NCBI GenBank assembly: GCA_013416795.1
Contig: RQSC01000028.1
Coordinates: 586,043-650,042, forward strand
From: Prasinococcaceae sp. CCMP 1430
Taxonomy: Eukaryota; Plantae; Prasinodermophyta
Direction: 5' to 3'
Length of the DNA stretch: 64,000 bases
The notes under the pieces are model-generated. The model did no database searches and was not told the DNA's origin. It saw only the letters and a list, made by a program, of their open reading frames with translations. The stretch's first letter is position 1. The number at the start of each line of letters is the position of its first letter. A program made the translations under genes and the position numbers. Below are positions 11,236 to 21,812 of this stretch, in pieces.

Positions 11236-12031
11236 ATGGCGGATGCGGTGGGCGCCCTAGTGGTGCGCGCGGCGGATGCGCTCGCCGACGGCACGAAGGC
11301 CTTCGCGGGGGTCGCCGCGTGGGGCGCAGGCGCCGCGGCGGGCGCCGCTTGAGGCGGCGACGGACGCGGCGCTCGCGGGGCCCGCGGCCGCGGCGCTCAA
11401 GGCGGCGCTTGCGACCAACCCGGACGCCCTCGCGTACGGCGGGGCCGCTGCGGCGCTCCTGCTCGTTCCCGCCGTGCGCAGCAGGCTGTGGCGGCAGGCG
11501 TGGCGCACGATGCGCACAGAGAGCAACGACCTCGAGGCAGCGCAGGCGCAGCTGGCGACGCTCGAGACGGGCGTCAAGGCCTTCCGCCCCGAGGCGGACA
11601 AGCTCATGTCGCGCGTGACCAAGGCGTACGCCGACGCGGCAATGGCGCAGAGAAAGGCCGTCGATGCGAGCGCGGAGCTGCAGCGCTTGCACACGCGCAT
11701 AAGCGCGTCGGCTGCGGACCTTACCAAGCTCAAGAAGAGCATTCGGGGCATCTCGCTCTCGGACGCGGTGCGTGCGCCGCGCCGCGCCGCGGCGCTGGTG
11801 CGCGAGCGCCCACTCATTGCTGCACCCGCGTGCTGGTCTCGCGCAGGGCCACGCGCACGAGCCACTCGCTGACAGCGCGCCCGCTTTCACCACGCGCATG
11901 CGCCGGCACACGCACATGTCCGCACACCCGCATTGCAGGTCCCCACGCGCTCGGCGGCCGCCGTGAGTGAGAAGAATGCGCTCAAGCTCAAAAGGGAGGT
12001 CGGAGGGCTGCTCGAGGCGGTGTCGCGCTAG
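11236..12031 (+). CDS. RGS1-HXK1-interacting protein 1 (RHIP1)-like coiled-coil protein; apparent frameshift near 11350
   Basis: ALLLVPAVRSRLWRQAWRTMRTES followed by a coiled coil resembles plant At4g26410; intron about 11767-11938; the ATG 11236 frame stops at 11352 while the main frame continues. Confidence 0.55.
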
Positions 12032-12187
12032 GCGCCACGCAGCGAGGTGTCGCGGCAAGCGGCACGGGCCGTCTCGTGGCCATGCGGTGACGAGCACTTA
12101 ATATGAGGTTTGCACAGGTGTGGGCGCCAGAGAGGTAGCGCGCCGTCCTCAGTTCTCGCTCATCGCCGCACGCCGCAGCGTGCGGCC

Positions 12188-13337
12188 TCATTCGGCCTTC
12201 ATGGCCTTGGCGCTTGCAAGCTCGAGCACATCCTCGACCATCTTCTTGAGCTTAGCCTGGGCGCGCCGTGGGCGGCCCCAGGGGTGTGCAAGTGTCAGCG
12301 AACCACGCAGCGCACCCGTTGGGAGCTTGTGAGGCGGTAGCGCGCTGCCGGCGAGCGCGGCGTGGCTGCGCACCTCGCTCGCGCCGACGCTCTCTCCAAC
12401 GCGCTTCTCCCCGCCGTGGTACGCATGGAATGTCGGCAGTGGCCCGACGCCGCGGGCCTCGGCGCTGCCCTCGCACTCGTCCACGTCAACCGACACAAAG
12501 CGCGCCGACGCGCCCGCATCTGCAGCGAGCCGTGCGAAGAGCGGCGCAATACGCTTGCAGGGGCCACACCACGACGCGCCAAAGTCCACAAACGTTGGCA
12601 CGCCGGCAGCCGCACCTGTGCGCATGCGCAGGCGAGGCCGTAGCGCGCACGTTTGCGCGAGCGCGCAGTGGGCAGAGGGCGGTCAGTATGGGGCGGCGCT
12701 GGGTGCGCTTCACAGACGACGGCGCCTTGCTGACCGCTGGCGCTGGCCACCGTGCGCACGCCCTTGCACTCGCGCGTACACATGATGGGATCGCGTGGGC
12801 GCCGCGCACCATCCGCGATCAGCGCGTCCAAGTCTTCTGTACTGCTGATGACGCCGACTTCGCCTGGCGCGGGCGGCGCCACGGAGGTCGCTGCGCAGCC
12901 CTTGCGCTGCCGCGCTTCACCGCATGCCCCACCGTCCACAAGCCGACAGGAGTCGCCGTCGCACACCATTCGCTTACTGCCTGCAGCGCCACCACGGCCT
13001 TTCTTGATGATCCCGAACTTCACCATGAGCGGGCGCAGCGGATTCCATGCCGCGAGCGGTCGCAGCCACTCATCGAGCCTGCATTGCGGCGCAGCAGAGC
13101 GTCCGCTCGCGTCAGCGATCCCCCGTACTACCGCCCACACGCTCGCCACTCGCCTCTCACTTTTGCGCATGCCCTCCCTCTTGCGCGCGCGCTCGCACAA
13201 ACGCACGCGCTCGCGTTTGCGCGCGCGGGGCCGCACCTCGCCGCCCACGCCGCGGGCAGCACCGCGCGCGCCGCCCACAGCACGAGCGGGATGAGAGCGT
13301 GCACCGGCACGCAGCACGGCCCGAGGCAGACGATCAT
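12188..13337 (-). CDS. Thioredoxin (WCGPC) with a hydrophobic Cys-rich N-terminal extension; 4 exons
   Basis: FVDFGASWCGPCKRIAPLF, FVSVDVDE, LPTF; exon 1 13337-13237 (MIVCLGPCCVPVHALIPLVLW), exon 2 from 13078; GTGCG donors and CAG acceptors preserve the frame. Confidence 0.85.
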
Positions 13338-13525
13338 GGCGCCCCTGCGCGTGCGCGTCTGCGCGCGTGGGCAGCGGTGTGCCACTGCGCGCCGCGCGCC
13401 ACCGCACGGCCAGCTCAAAATTCCTTCAACAGCCTTCAGATAATCGATGTTCGGCGCATGTGATGTGATACAGAATATGTACAGTGTCAGTGGAACATTT
13501 ACTTTTTCCTGACTGACTCCGGCAC

Positions 13526-16500
13526 TCACGAGTCGGCGGCGGATGCATGGGCCACCTCACCGGTCGAGTCGTTCTCCGCGGCGTCCTCCTCTCCGGCCTT
13601 GCCTCCGGCGTCATCGCTGGCCGCCGATGCAACGTCACCGTTGGCTTCCGCCCCGACCGGTGCCACGCCCTCGGCGATGGTCTCGGCAACCGTCGTGGAC
13701 ACTTCGGTCACACCGCTCGGCAGGCTCGAGCTCCTCTCCAGGCGCTCCATCTCGTTCGCACTCACCACGAGCCCCGCGCTGGAGCGGCGGCCTTCCGAAC
13801 CGTCTTCCTCTTCGTCGTCGGATTCGTCGCCAGAGTCGTCGCCGTAGTGGGCGCGCGAGCGCGCGCCTGGGATCTCGCCATCGGTGGACCCCCCGGAGCT
13901 CGACCCGACGCCGTCGGTCATCATCATGTGCCGGTGACCATTGCGGATTCTGCGGGTGACCTGCGGGGACAAGGGGGGCGACTTGCTCGCGACTGCAGTC
14001 CCCACGGACACCTCCAGCAAAGGCGCGGGGCGCGGCACGGTCTCGCGGCCACCGTTTGGCGTGCCAAGTGCGGACGCCGCGAAGCCCGGCGGCTGCGCTG
14101 CCCTGAGCTCAACCGGCGCCGAGGGCATGCGCGCGAGCTCGGAGTGGTAGATGTAGCGCATCTCGTTGCACCAGGTGTCGTAGCGATAGCGCACGCGCAG
14201 GCTTGGCACGTTCGTCTTGTGAATGTCGTTGCCTGCCACGCCGGGAAGCCAGTACTGGTCGCTCACCCAGTGCTGCTTGCATTGGTGCGGGAAACCCGAC
14301 ATGAGCACCGAGTTGCGCGCCATCTCGCACATATCACACGACGTGAGCTTCCAAACCTGGGCGGCCACACTGTACTCCTCGACGAGCGGCTCTTTGGTGA
14401 GGTGGATCTGCAACGGGTCGTCCGAGCTCAGCGAAATGAACAGCCCGCGTGCCAGAAAGGTCGGCAGCGGGTTCTTGTGGTAATCCAGGAAGAGCGAGTT
14501 GTTGGACAGGGGGCTCATGCACAGGCCGATCTGGGCGAGGTAGAACATGTACTGCAACCCCGGGCTCTTGCGCAGATTGATGCCGTGCGCGATGTTGTGG
14601 GCCAGCAGGAACGAGGTGGCCAGGTGGTCGAGGTCGCCCGCCTCGCCTGCGTGCGGGCGGAACGCGAAAGTGTTCAGCCCCTTCGACTGGCGGAAATCGT
14701 TGAGCACGTGGAGATTGGCCTCGATGTAGTAGGCGTAGTAGGCAAACGCCGGGTTGTGCGGTACGTTCCAATCGCAGGGCTGGGGCATGTGGCTCTTCGA
14801 GGGCCGTCGTTCGGGTCGGCTCTCGTCGTCCACCATGTCGAAGCCCACGACTGTCTGCAAGAACATGTGCAGCTGCGGGTGCGACTGCGGGTCGATGGTC
14901 ACCTCGAAGAGCGAGTTGAAGATGTTGTCGATCATCTGCTGGAAATTCTGCAGCGTGCCGTTGCCGTGGTAGATTTCGTACAGCCGCGGGATCTGGATCA
15001 TCCACTGCACGTTGTCGCAGTGCAGAGCATTGTTGCACACCCACGCAGCGAGCGTGTCCCATTCGGTGGCCTTGCGGCCATAGATGGAGATGCGGTACTC
15101 GGCCATCTGGTACTTGGACGCCATGAGGTCAGAGAACACCTCCTGCGTCAGCTCAGCCAGGTAGCGGCCCTCCAGGAGGTTGTCCTGTTTGATGAAGATT
15201 TCGCGCAGCTGGCTCTGGCCGCACGGGTTGTACTTCAGGTTGAACTTGTCGAACCGGTGGAAAGTGTGCTTGTCAGCGTGCATGTCGAGCGTGTCCACGT
15301 TCAGGTCATAGCCGGTCAGGTTGAGCAGCTCGAACACCTCTGCCAGCGTACGCTCCTTCCCGTCAATCTTGGCGACGACCTCATCGGGCTCCTTGCGCAG
15401 CTTGTGCTTGATGAAGCGCAGCAGGTGCTTCTGATTCATGCACGAGCTGTGGTGCACGTGCGTGTCGACCTTGCGCACGTTGTAGAAGTCGCGATGAGGC
15501 GCGCCCTTCTGCGCGAAGAACTCTTTGTCGGCATTGAGCATGAGGTGCATGTTGAACTTCTGCTCAAGGAGCAGCAGGCGGTGGTGGCAGAAGCTCTTCA
15601 CGGGGCCCGAGTTGACGACGCGCAGCACGTGGTGCAGGTCTTTGAAGAACTCGTTGGCGGTGTGCTTCGGAGCGAAGGCCACGTTGCCGTTTCGATCGTA
15701 CACGTGGACGACGCCGCGCACGAACTCGAAGCTATGGTCGCTCGCGGGGCGCGGCTCCCACACGAACGGGTTCTTCTGCTGCCGCGGCGTCGCCACGCGT
15801 CCGCCCGAGGTTGAGGTGCCTCCCGCGGCGGCCGCCGACGACGGCCGCGACACGTACACGTACTGCTCGCGCATGTCAAGCAGCCTGCGCATGTCCCGGC
15901 ACACGTGCATGGTCTCCTCGTTGTGTGGGGTCTCCGGATGTTGCACAGTGACGTAGTCGTCTTCCATCTCCTGCCGCGATGGCACCGCCGTTGCGTCCAG
16001 CGTAGCGGACGAGTTGTCCTTGCGCATCCAGCCGGGCACGTTGCGGTCCGACGGCGCGTGGCTGCCCATGTGCACCTCGTTGGTCGTGCCCTCCGCCACG
16101 CCGCCGCGCCTGCCTGGGTGCTTCGCGGCGGGGGTGAGACCTTCGCCGTCGGTCTCCTCCACCTCCGTTTCCATCTCCGACTCGAACTCGGACGGGTACG
16201 GCGGCAGGACGCTCTCGCCACCGCGGCGCTCGCCGAGGCGCGACATTGTGCGATTCCACGGCGCCGTGTCTGTGTCCGCTCCGGTGCGATCCGCGTCGTG
16301 CTCGACGTACAGACTGGAGGACATGCCACCCATCGCGCCCTGCTGGTGGCCGTGGCGCCCGCCTGCGCCCCTCTCGCCGCCGGCAGGGGCGCCGCGGCTG
16401 CGGCCGCCGAGGTTGCTGCCGCTCAGTCCAAGCGGCGCCCCCAGCGACTTGCCCCCGCGCTCGGACCCCACGTGCCCGGCCTCGTCGTTGCCGTTCGCGC

Positions 16501-16570
16501 GGCGGTGCGGCGGGCGCTTCAGCGGGCTGCGCACGCCGTGCGACGACGAGTTGGAGCCCTGGCGGTGCAT
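13526..16570 (-). CDS. AMPD: AMP deaminase (start uncertain; ORF open to 16714)
   Basis: RDFYNVRKVDTHVHH, KFNLKYNP, FRPHAGEAG, SPLSNNSLF, LSSDDPLQIHLTKEPLVEEYS. Confidence 0.97.
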   Translation of the reverse strand: MHRQGSNSSSHGVRSPLKRPPHRRANGNDEAGHVGSERGGKSLGAPLGLSGSNLGGRSRGAPAGGERGAGGRHGHQQGAMGGMSSSLYVEHDADRTGADTDTAPWNRTMSRLGERRGGESVLPPYPSEFESEMETEVEETDGEGLTPAAKHPGRRGGVAEGTTNEVHMGSHAPSDRNVPGWMRKDNSSATLDATAVPSRQEMEDDYVTVQHPETPHNEETMHVCRDMRRLLDMREQYVYVSRPSSAAAAGGTSTSGGRVATPRQQKNPFVWEPRPASDHSFEFVRGVVHVYDRNGNVAFAPKHTANEFFKDLHHVLRVVNSGPVKSFCHHRLLLLEQKFNMHLMLNADKEFFAQKGAPHRDFYNVRKVDTHVHHSSCMNQKHLLRFIKHKLRKEPDEVVAKIDGKERTLAEVFELLNLTGYDLNVDTLDMHADKHTFHRFDKFNLKYNPCGQSQLREIFIKQDNLLEGRYLAELTQEVFSDLMASKYQMAEYRISIYGRKATEWDTLAAWVCNNALHCDNVQWMIQIPRLYEIYHGNGTLQNFQQMIDNIFNSLFEVTIDPQSHPQLHMFLQTVVGFDMVDDESRPERRPSKSHMPQPCDWNVPHNPAFAYYAYYIEANLHVLNDFRQSKGLNTFAFRPHAGEAGDLDHLATSFLLAHNIAHGINLRKSPGLQYMFYLAQIGLCMSPLSNNSLFLDYHKNPLPTFLARGLFISLSSDDPLQIHLTKEPLVEEYSVAAQVWKLTSCDMCEMARNSVLMSGFPHQCKQHWVSDQYWLPGVAGNDIHKTNVPSLRVRYRYDTWCNEMRYIYHSELARMPSAPVELRAAQPPGFAASALGTPNGGRETVPRPAPLLEVSVGTAVASKSPPLSPQVTRRIRNGHRHMMMTDGVGSSSGGSTDGEIPGARSRAHYGDDSGDESDDEEEDGSEGRRSSAGLVVSANEMERLERSSSLPSGVTEVSTTVAETIAEGVAPVGAEANGDVASAASDDAGGKAGEEDAAENDSTGEVAHASAADS

Positions 16571-17243
16571 GCGCGTGTGATGGCCGTGGTGCGACCGGTC
16601 GCGCGCGCCATTGCCTTGCCCGGCGCCACCGCCGGCCGCTGCTGCGCCGCCGCCGGNGCGGGGTTCGTGCGGTGCGTGTGGTTGGTGCAGGGCGGTGACG
16701 CGCGCACCACGCACCCTCGAAGTCGATCGACGCCATCGCCGCCCCCTCCTCCATCGCCGCCGCCGGCGTGGGGCGCGCGCGCGCGCGCGCGCAGTGGCGC
16801 CCCCGCGCGCGCGCGCGCGTTCTCATTCCACCCCACCTCTCCCCCGCGCACCCGCGCGCGCGCGCGCAATTCGCGGCCGCAGCGCGGAATCGGAATCGGA
16901 ATCGGGAATCGGAATCGCTGCATCGCAGCAGTGCAGCAGCGCCGCAGCGCCCCTCGCGCGGCCCAGGTGCGAACCTGCGGCACATTCAAAGGCGCCGAAC
17001 GCGAGCGCGCGAGCGAGCGCGCGCCGAATGGGAATTTGTCCCCGCGCGCGAAACGAAACGCGGCCGCACAAAAACGACGGAACGGCGGCGGCCCGAGCCC
17101 GAGCGAGCGAAGCGAGCGCATCGTTTTGCGTCGCGCTGCGGCGATCGATCCGTCCGGCGCGCGCGAAGGAGGGAGGGAGGGAGGGAGGGGGCCCCGGCCC
17201 CGCGTTCGCACTCGGCCGCGGGGCAATTCCTTTCCAATTCGGC

Positions 17244-17352
17244 AGAGCTCTACTCTGCTCTGCTCTGCTCTCTCTGCTCTGCTCGGCTCGGCTCTGCTCT
17301 GCTCTGCTCTCTCTGCTTGGCCTTGCTCTGCTCTGCTTGGCTTGTCTTGGCT
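17244..17352 (+). repeat. Pentanucleotide microsatellite drifting CTCTG/CTCGG/CTTGG; (GGAATC)n at about 16886-16915 and (GGATTC)n at about 17438-17455 nearby
   Basis: Read directly from sequence. Confidence 0.85.
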
Positions 17353-17712
17353 TGGCCAGGCTTCGAGAGATTCGGATTCAACCCTATCCATTAACCCCAA
17401 ACATAACCCTAACCCTATTGCACTGTTGCTTCGAGTCGATTCGGATTCGGATTCGGTGCTCCAACCACCCAACCAACCCACCAACCGACCAACCACAGGT
17501 CGGCACAAACGCGCGCGCAATTGGAATTCGCCTCTTTTTCCGCAATCCAGCTGTACTTTTTTTTCCGCAATCCGCGCTGGCAGCTTCCCTGCACGCACGG
17601 GCGCGTTCCTCGCGGGCGCGTTCCCTCGCGCGCGCCACCTGCGCGCGCGGGCGCCCGAGCCGTTCGGAAACGCATGCCGCCCCGCGAGAGATCGCGATAG
17701 CAGCTTCTGCGC

Positions 17713-18478
17713 GTGCGCGCAGCGCGCGCGCGCGCGGCCCGCATCGAGCACGCGCCACAACTCTCGCGCGCGCAGCGGGAGCAGCGCGGTGCCTCCAGCC
17801 CGCACACCGAGGAGGCTGAGCTGCGCGCGGCCGAGCGTGAGCGCCTGGTGAGCGTGTCGGACCTCGCGCGCACGGTGGCTAAGCTTGACGCGACTGTGAG
17901 ATTGCAGATGGACATGACCCGCGATGACCCGCGAGATGTGGCGGATGCTCAGCCGTGAGGTCGCAGTGGCGCTCGCGATGTGGACCAACGGCGAGGCGGA
18001 GGTCGCAAGCAGCGCGCCGCCCGCGCCGCGGCGGTGTGAGCTGGCGCGCGCGGGCACGTGCGTGGTGTGCTGCGCGGCGCCCATCGACTGCCTGCTCTAC
18101 CGCTGCGGCCACATGTGCACGTGCACGGGCTGCGCAACGCAAATCATGGCGCGCGGCCGCTTGCAGCCGGGCGGACCGCGCTGCCCAACGTGCCGGGCGC
18201 CCGTGCTTGACGTGGTGCCAGCGTACGGCGCGCCGCCCGCACTGCGGCGGTGTGAGCTGGCGCGCGCGGGCACGTGCGTGGTGTGCTGCGCGGCGCCCAT
18301 CGACTGCCTGCTCTACCGCTGCGGCCACATGTGCACGTGCGCGGGCTGCGCAACGCAAATCATGGCGCGCAGCCGCTTGCAGCGGGGCGGACCGCGCTGC
18401 CCAATGTGCCGGGCGCCCGTGCTTGACGTGGTGCCAGCGTACGGCGCGCCCCTGGCGGAGGAGAGTAGTCTCCCGTGA
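17713..18478 (+). CDS. Neuralized-like / plant At5g04460-type C3HC4 RING E3 ligase with a tandemly duplicated RING; frameshifted by a 10-bp duplication (possible pseudogene)
   Basis: [22 protein letters not shown]...CPTCRAPV twice (72-aa unit); upstream [20 protein letters not shown] is broken by ATGACCCGCG x2 at 17914-17933; true start not located. Confidence 0.75.
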
Positions 18479-18499
18479 TGCACATCATGCCGCAAAGCT

Positions 18500-19250
18500 T
18501 CCCCGACACGTCGGGCAAACATGACGCCTGACCACTCGCGCACAATCTTGTAGAGGCGAGAGACGACGAAACATCACTGGACGGTGGGGCATGGCATGAG
18601 GAGCTTCTCCTGCCACGAGCCCTCCAAGTCGTACCCCAGGCTCTCCTGCATGACCACGCCGAAGAGGGAGAGGAAAAGGTTGAGCTGAAAGGCCACCTCG
18701 AGTGTGTCGTCGTCATCCTCGGCGTACGGCAGAAAGTACAGCTGGATGCATACGCCGGCGGTGGCAATGAAGAACGCGTTTATGGAGACGTACTCCGGCG
18801 CCGCGATCTCCACCAGGACGACGAACGACGTCTGCACCAGTCGCCGGCAAATCTCATATCTGCCAGCAGTAGTAGTGCCGCATTCGGCGGCAGCGAAGGG
18901 GAGGGATTTCGCAGCGTGAGAAAATGGGCACGCACGAGCACGCGATCGCGGCTGCCGTGCGCCTCCACGCGTGCGCGAGGGGAGGCGGGATTGTTGAGGC
19001 AGATCCAAGTAGCGGGCACTCAACGGCGTCAGCATGGGCGCGCAAGGCCGCGGTGGCGTACCTAAGGGTACTGCACAGTGAAAGGGTGCACGCACCTAGT
19101 GTATACGGCGTCTGAGTTGAGCTGCGTGACGGGCACCTCAATCTCGGCGATGGAGACGAAGAGCGCGTACATGGAGACGTACTCCGGCGCCGCGACCTCC
19201 ACCAGGACGACGGTCGACGTCTGCACCAGTCGCCGGCAAATCTCGTCGTG
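18500..19250 (-). pseudogene. Degenerate fragments of the C-terminal multi-TM domain of a large membrane protein, partly duplicated
   Basis: EICRRLVQTSFVVLVEIAAPEYVS...YFLPYAEDDDDTLEVAFQLNLF; in-frame TGA at 18574; second diverged copy at 19171-19244. Confidence 0.5.
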
Positions 19251-19786
19251 TGGTACTGTAGTAGTCTTTCTGTGATTCTGTCCCTCCGATCGCTCGAGGC
19301 GCGCTCCGCGCGCCTCGCTCGCGAGTGTTTCGGGCGCGGAAACCTCTATCAAAACACGGACAAAAACTTCCGCAAGCTGCGCGGCAGTTTCCTTCATTCC
19401 TCCCTTCCTTCCGACTCAGATCGGACGTTTTATCGACTTTCGTTCGCTTTTGTTGAACGCTTTGAGCCGAGCGCGAACGCGGCCGCTCCGTCGGCGCGTT
19501 CCCCGACCGACGCCGAGCCGCGCCCACCGGCGGGGAGGGCGATGCGTGTGCGCGCGCGTGGGCGTGTGTGCGCGTGCGCGTGTGCAATGCGGGGCGCCGC
19601 GGGGTGCGAGGGGCGGCGACAGGCGCGGCGGGAGGAGGGACGGGGCCCCACCCCCTCGGCGGGGAGTGCGTGTGGACGCGGAGACACACACACACATGGT
19701 ATGTACAAGCGATTCGTAGCTACTGTACACGCAGTGTACACGCGCCGCGGCGAGGGCGCCCGGCGCCGGCGAGGCGGCGGGCGCGG

Positions 19787-20872
19787 CTACAGGCCTGCTC
19801 GCTCCCTGAGCCGCTCCCGCGCGCGCGCTGCGCTGGCGGCTCCGCCCGGGCCGCCCGCGTACGCGCCCGCCCACACATCCTCTGCGCCGTCCCGCGCGGC
19901 GGTGTTGTGGCGCCTGTCGCTGGGCGCCCGCGCCGAGAAGGTGTGCCCGCCGCCCGCGTGCACCCACTCGCCGGCCTGCATCGCGTCCCAGCAGCGCTCG
20001 CACACCACGAATCTCGCCGCGCCACCCGCGCCCGCGGCGCAGTCCTCGCACGCGTATCGGTACTCGCCCTTCAAGTCATGAGGAGCACCGCGCACGCGCC
20101 AGGTGTTGGTTGGTCAGCACTCAGCACCCAGCACACATGACCCCGTGGGTGGCATGCGCGCCCACCTCGGCTGCCTGCTGGCTGCGCGCACCTTGGGTGC
20201 GTCCGCCCTGCCAGACCAAAGGCGCTCCTGACCGGTCTCCATGCGCCCGGAGCAGCGGCTGCACGCGTCCACGTCACGCACGCCGGCGCCGCCGCCTGCG
20301 CCTGCGCTCGCCTCAGCTCGCCGCATTCCTGCCTCGCGCCTCTGAACGGCCTCCCCCAGACGCTCGGCGGCTGCGTGGCAGCGCGCGCGCGAGCTCTCGC
20401 TGCTCGGGTCCCGCAGAATGAGCTCTGCCGCAGCCTCGTCGAGCGCCCCCGCGAAGCCCGCAGCGCCGAGGAGGGCCTCCGCTGGCGCACCGCCGCCGCC
20501 GAACGCGCGAAGCGCGCGATCGAGGCGCGCGTTGGCCTTCCTCACGCTGGCGTACTTGGGCTCCGCGTGCGCGCGCGTCGCGCCGTTGCGCAGGACGGTG
20601 CATAGCGTCCGCGCGGCGTCGTCCAGGGCGTCAGCGCTCGCGCGCGCCTCAGCAGCGCCCGCGAGCATCGCATCGATCGCCAGCTCGATAGCCGCCGCGT
20701 CCGCAGCGCCAATGCCGTGACACGCCGCTGCGAGCGCGGCCGCATCCTCGAGGTGCGCTCTCGGACGCTCCCAGCTCGCGCCCCCGCCAGCACCCGCGCG
20801 CGCGTAGAACGGCCGCCCGCTGTCGGCGTCGAAGTACTCCTCCCAGGCGCCGCTGCTGCCCCCCTCGGCCAT
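19787..20872 (-). CDS. WW + PUB + Cys-rich zinc-finger protein (putative p97/CDC48 adaptor); 2 exons
   Basis: [14 protein letters not shown]...SWERP (WW); [10 protein letters not shown]...[11 protein letters not shown]...LLGAAGF (PUB); CSRC, intron, CEDC...CERC...H. Confidence 0.7.
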
Positions 20873-20986
20873 CGCGCCTCCTGCGGCGCTGCGGCGACCC
20901 AACGCGGCGCGGCTGCGCCTCGCGCGCGCCGTGCGCCCGCGCGCGCTGACGGCTCCTCTTCCGCGCCGCCGGCCGGCGCAGGCGGC

Positions 20987-21739
20987 ATGACGGGGGGCAT
21001 GGCCGGCATGGCCGGCGGAGATCCGATGGAGCAGCTGCGCGCGATGGGCATGGGCGACGCCGCCGAGCTGCCGCCGGAGCAGGAGGTCGGCGAGGAGCGC
21101 GAGCTCGTGTCGGGGGGCATGCTCAAGAAGAAGCTGCTGGCGAGGGGCGAGGGCTACTCGACGCCCGAGAAGGGCGACGAGGTGACCGTGCACTACACGG
21201 GCCGCCTCACCGACGGCACCAAGTTCGACAGCAGCGTCGACCGCGGCGACCCCTTCGTGTTCACCGTGGGCGTCGGCCAGGTGATCAAGGGCTGGGACGA
21301 GGGCGTGGTGTCCATGCGCAAGGGCGAGAAGTGCCTGCTGACGTGCGCGCCCGACTACGCCTACGGCGCGCGCGGCTCGCCGCCCACCATCCCGGCGAAC
21401 GCCACGCTCGAGTTCGAGGTGGAGCTCATCGCCTGGAAGAGCGTCAACGACCTCAACGGCGACGGCACGGTCGTCAAGAGGGTGGTGCGCGAGGGCAGCG
21501 GCTGGGAGAAGCCCAAGGACCTCGACGAGGTGGAGGTGGCCTACTCGGTGGCGGGCGCCGGCGGCGAGCGGGTGGTGGCCGAGACGACCGCCGAGTTCTC
21601 GCTCGCCGACGGCCACCTGTGCGCCGGCCTCGCGGACGTCGCGCGCAGCATGAAGCGGGGCGAGCGCGCGCTGGCGACGCTGAGCGGCGCGGCGCTCGCG
21701 CCGGCGCCCCGGACGCGCGCCGCCGCAGACGCTCGCTGA
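20987..21739 (+). CDS. FKBP62/ROF1-type peptidyl-prolyl isomerase, truncated (first FKBP domain plus part of the second, no TPR)
   Basis: [83 protein letters not shown]. Confidence 0.85.
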   Translation: MTGGMAGMAGGDPMEQLRAMGMGDAAELPPEQEVGEERELVSGGMLKKKLLARGEGYSTPEKGDEVTVHYTGRLTDGTKFDSSVDRGDPFVFTVGVGQVIKGWDEGVVSMRKGEKCLLTCAPDYAYGARGSPPTIPANATLEFEVELIAWKSVNDLNGDGTVVKRVVREGSGWEKPKDLDEVEVAYSVAGAGGERVVAETTAEFSLADGHLCAGLADVARSMKRGERALATLSGAALAPAPRTRAAADAR

Positions 21740-21812
21740 CCGGCGCGCGCTGAGTGCGACCGCGCCCCAAACGCCAAGTCCCTCTCAGAGCAGGCGACGA
21801 CGCTGCGCACGC

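Noticed and set aside
17380-17420. Interstitial telomeric repeat (AACCCTAACCCT; also TTTAGGGTTT near 4523)
   Set aside because: Only one or two units; at most telo-box-like promoter motifs
13547-17851. Long + strand ORFs (755 aa, 648 aa) over and upstream of AMPD
   Set aside because: Antisense shadows or translated microsatellites caused by high GC; no motifs
18574-18576. In-frame TGA as selenocysteine or readthrough
   Set aside because: The surrounding region is fragmentary and duplicated, and no SECIS-like element was recognised; pseudogene decay is simpler
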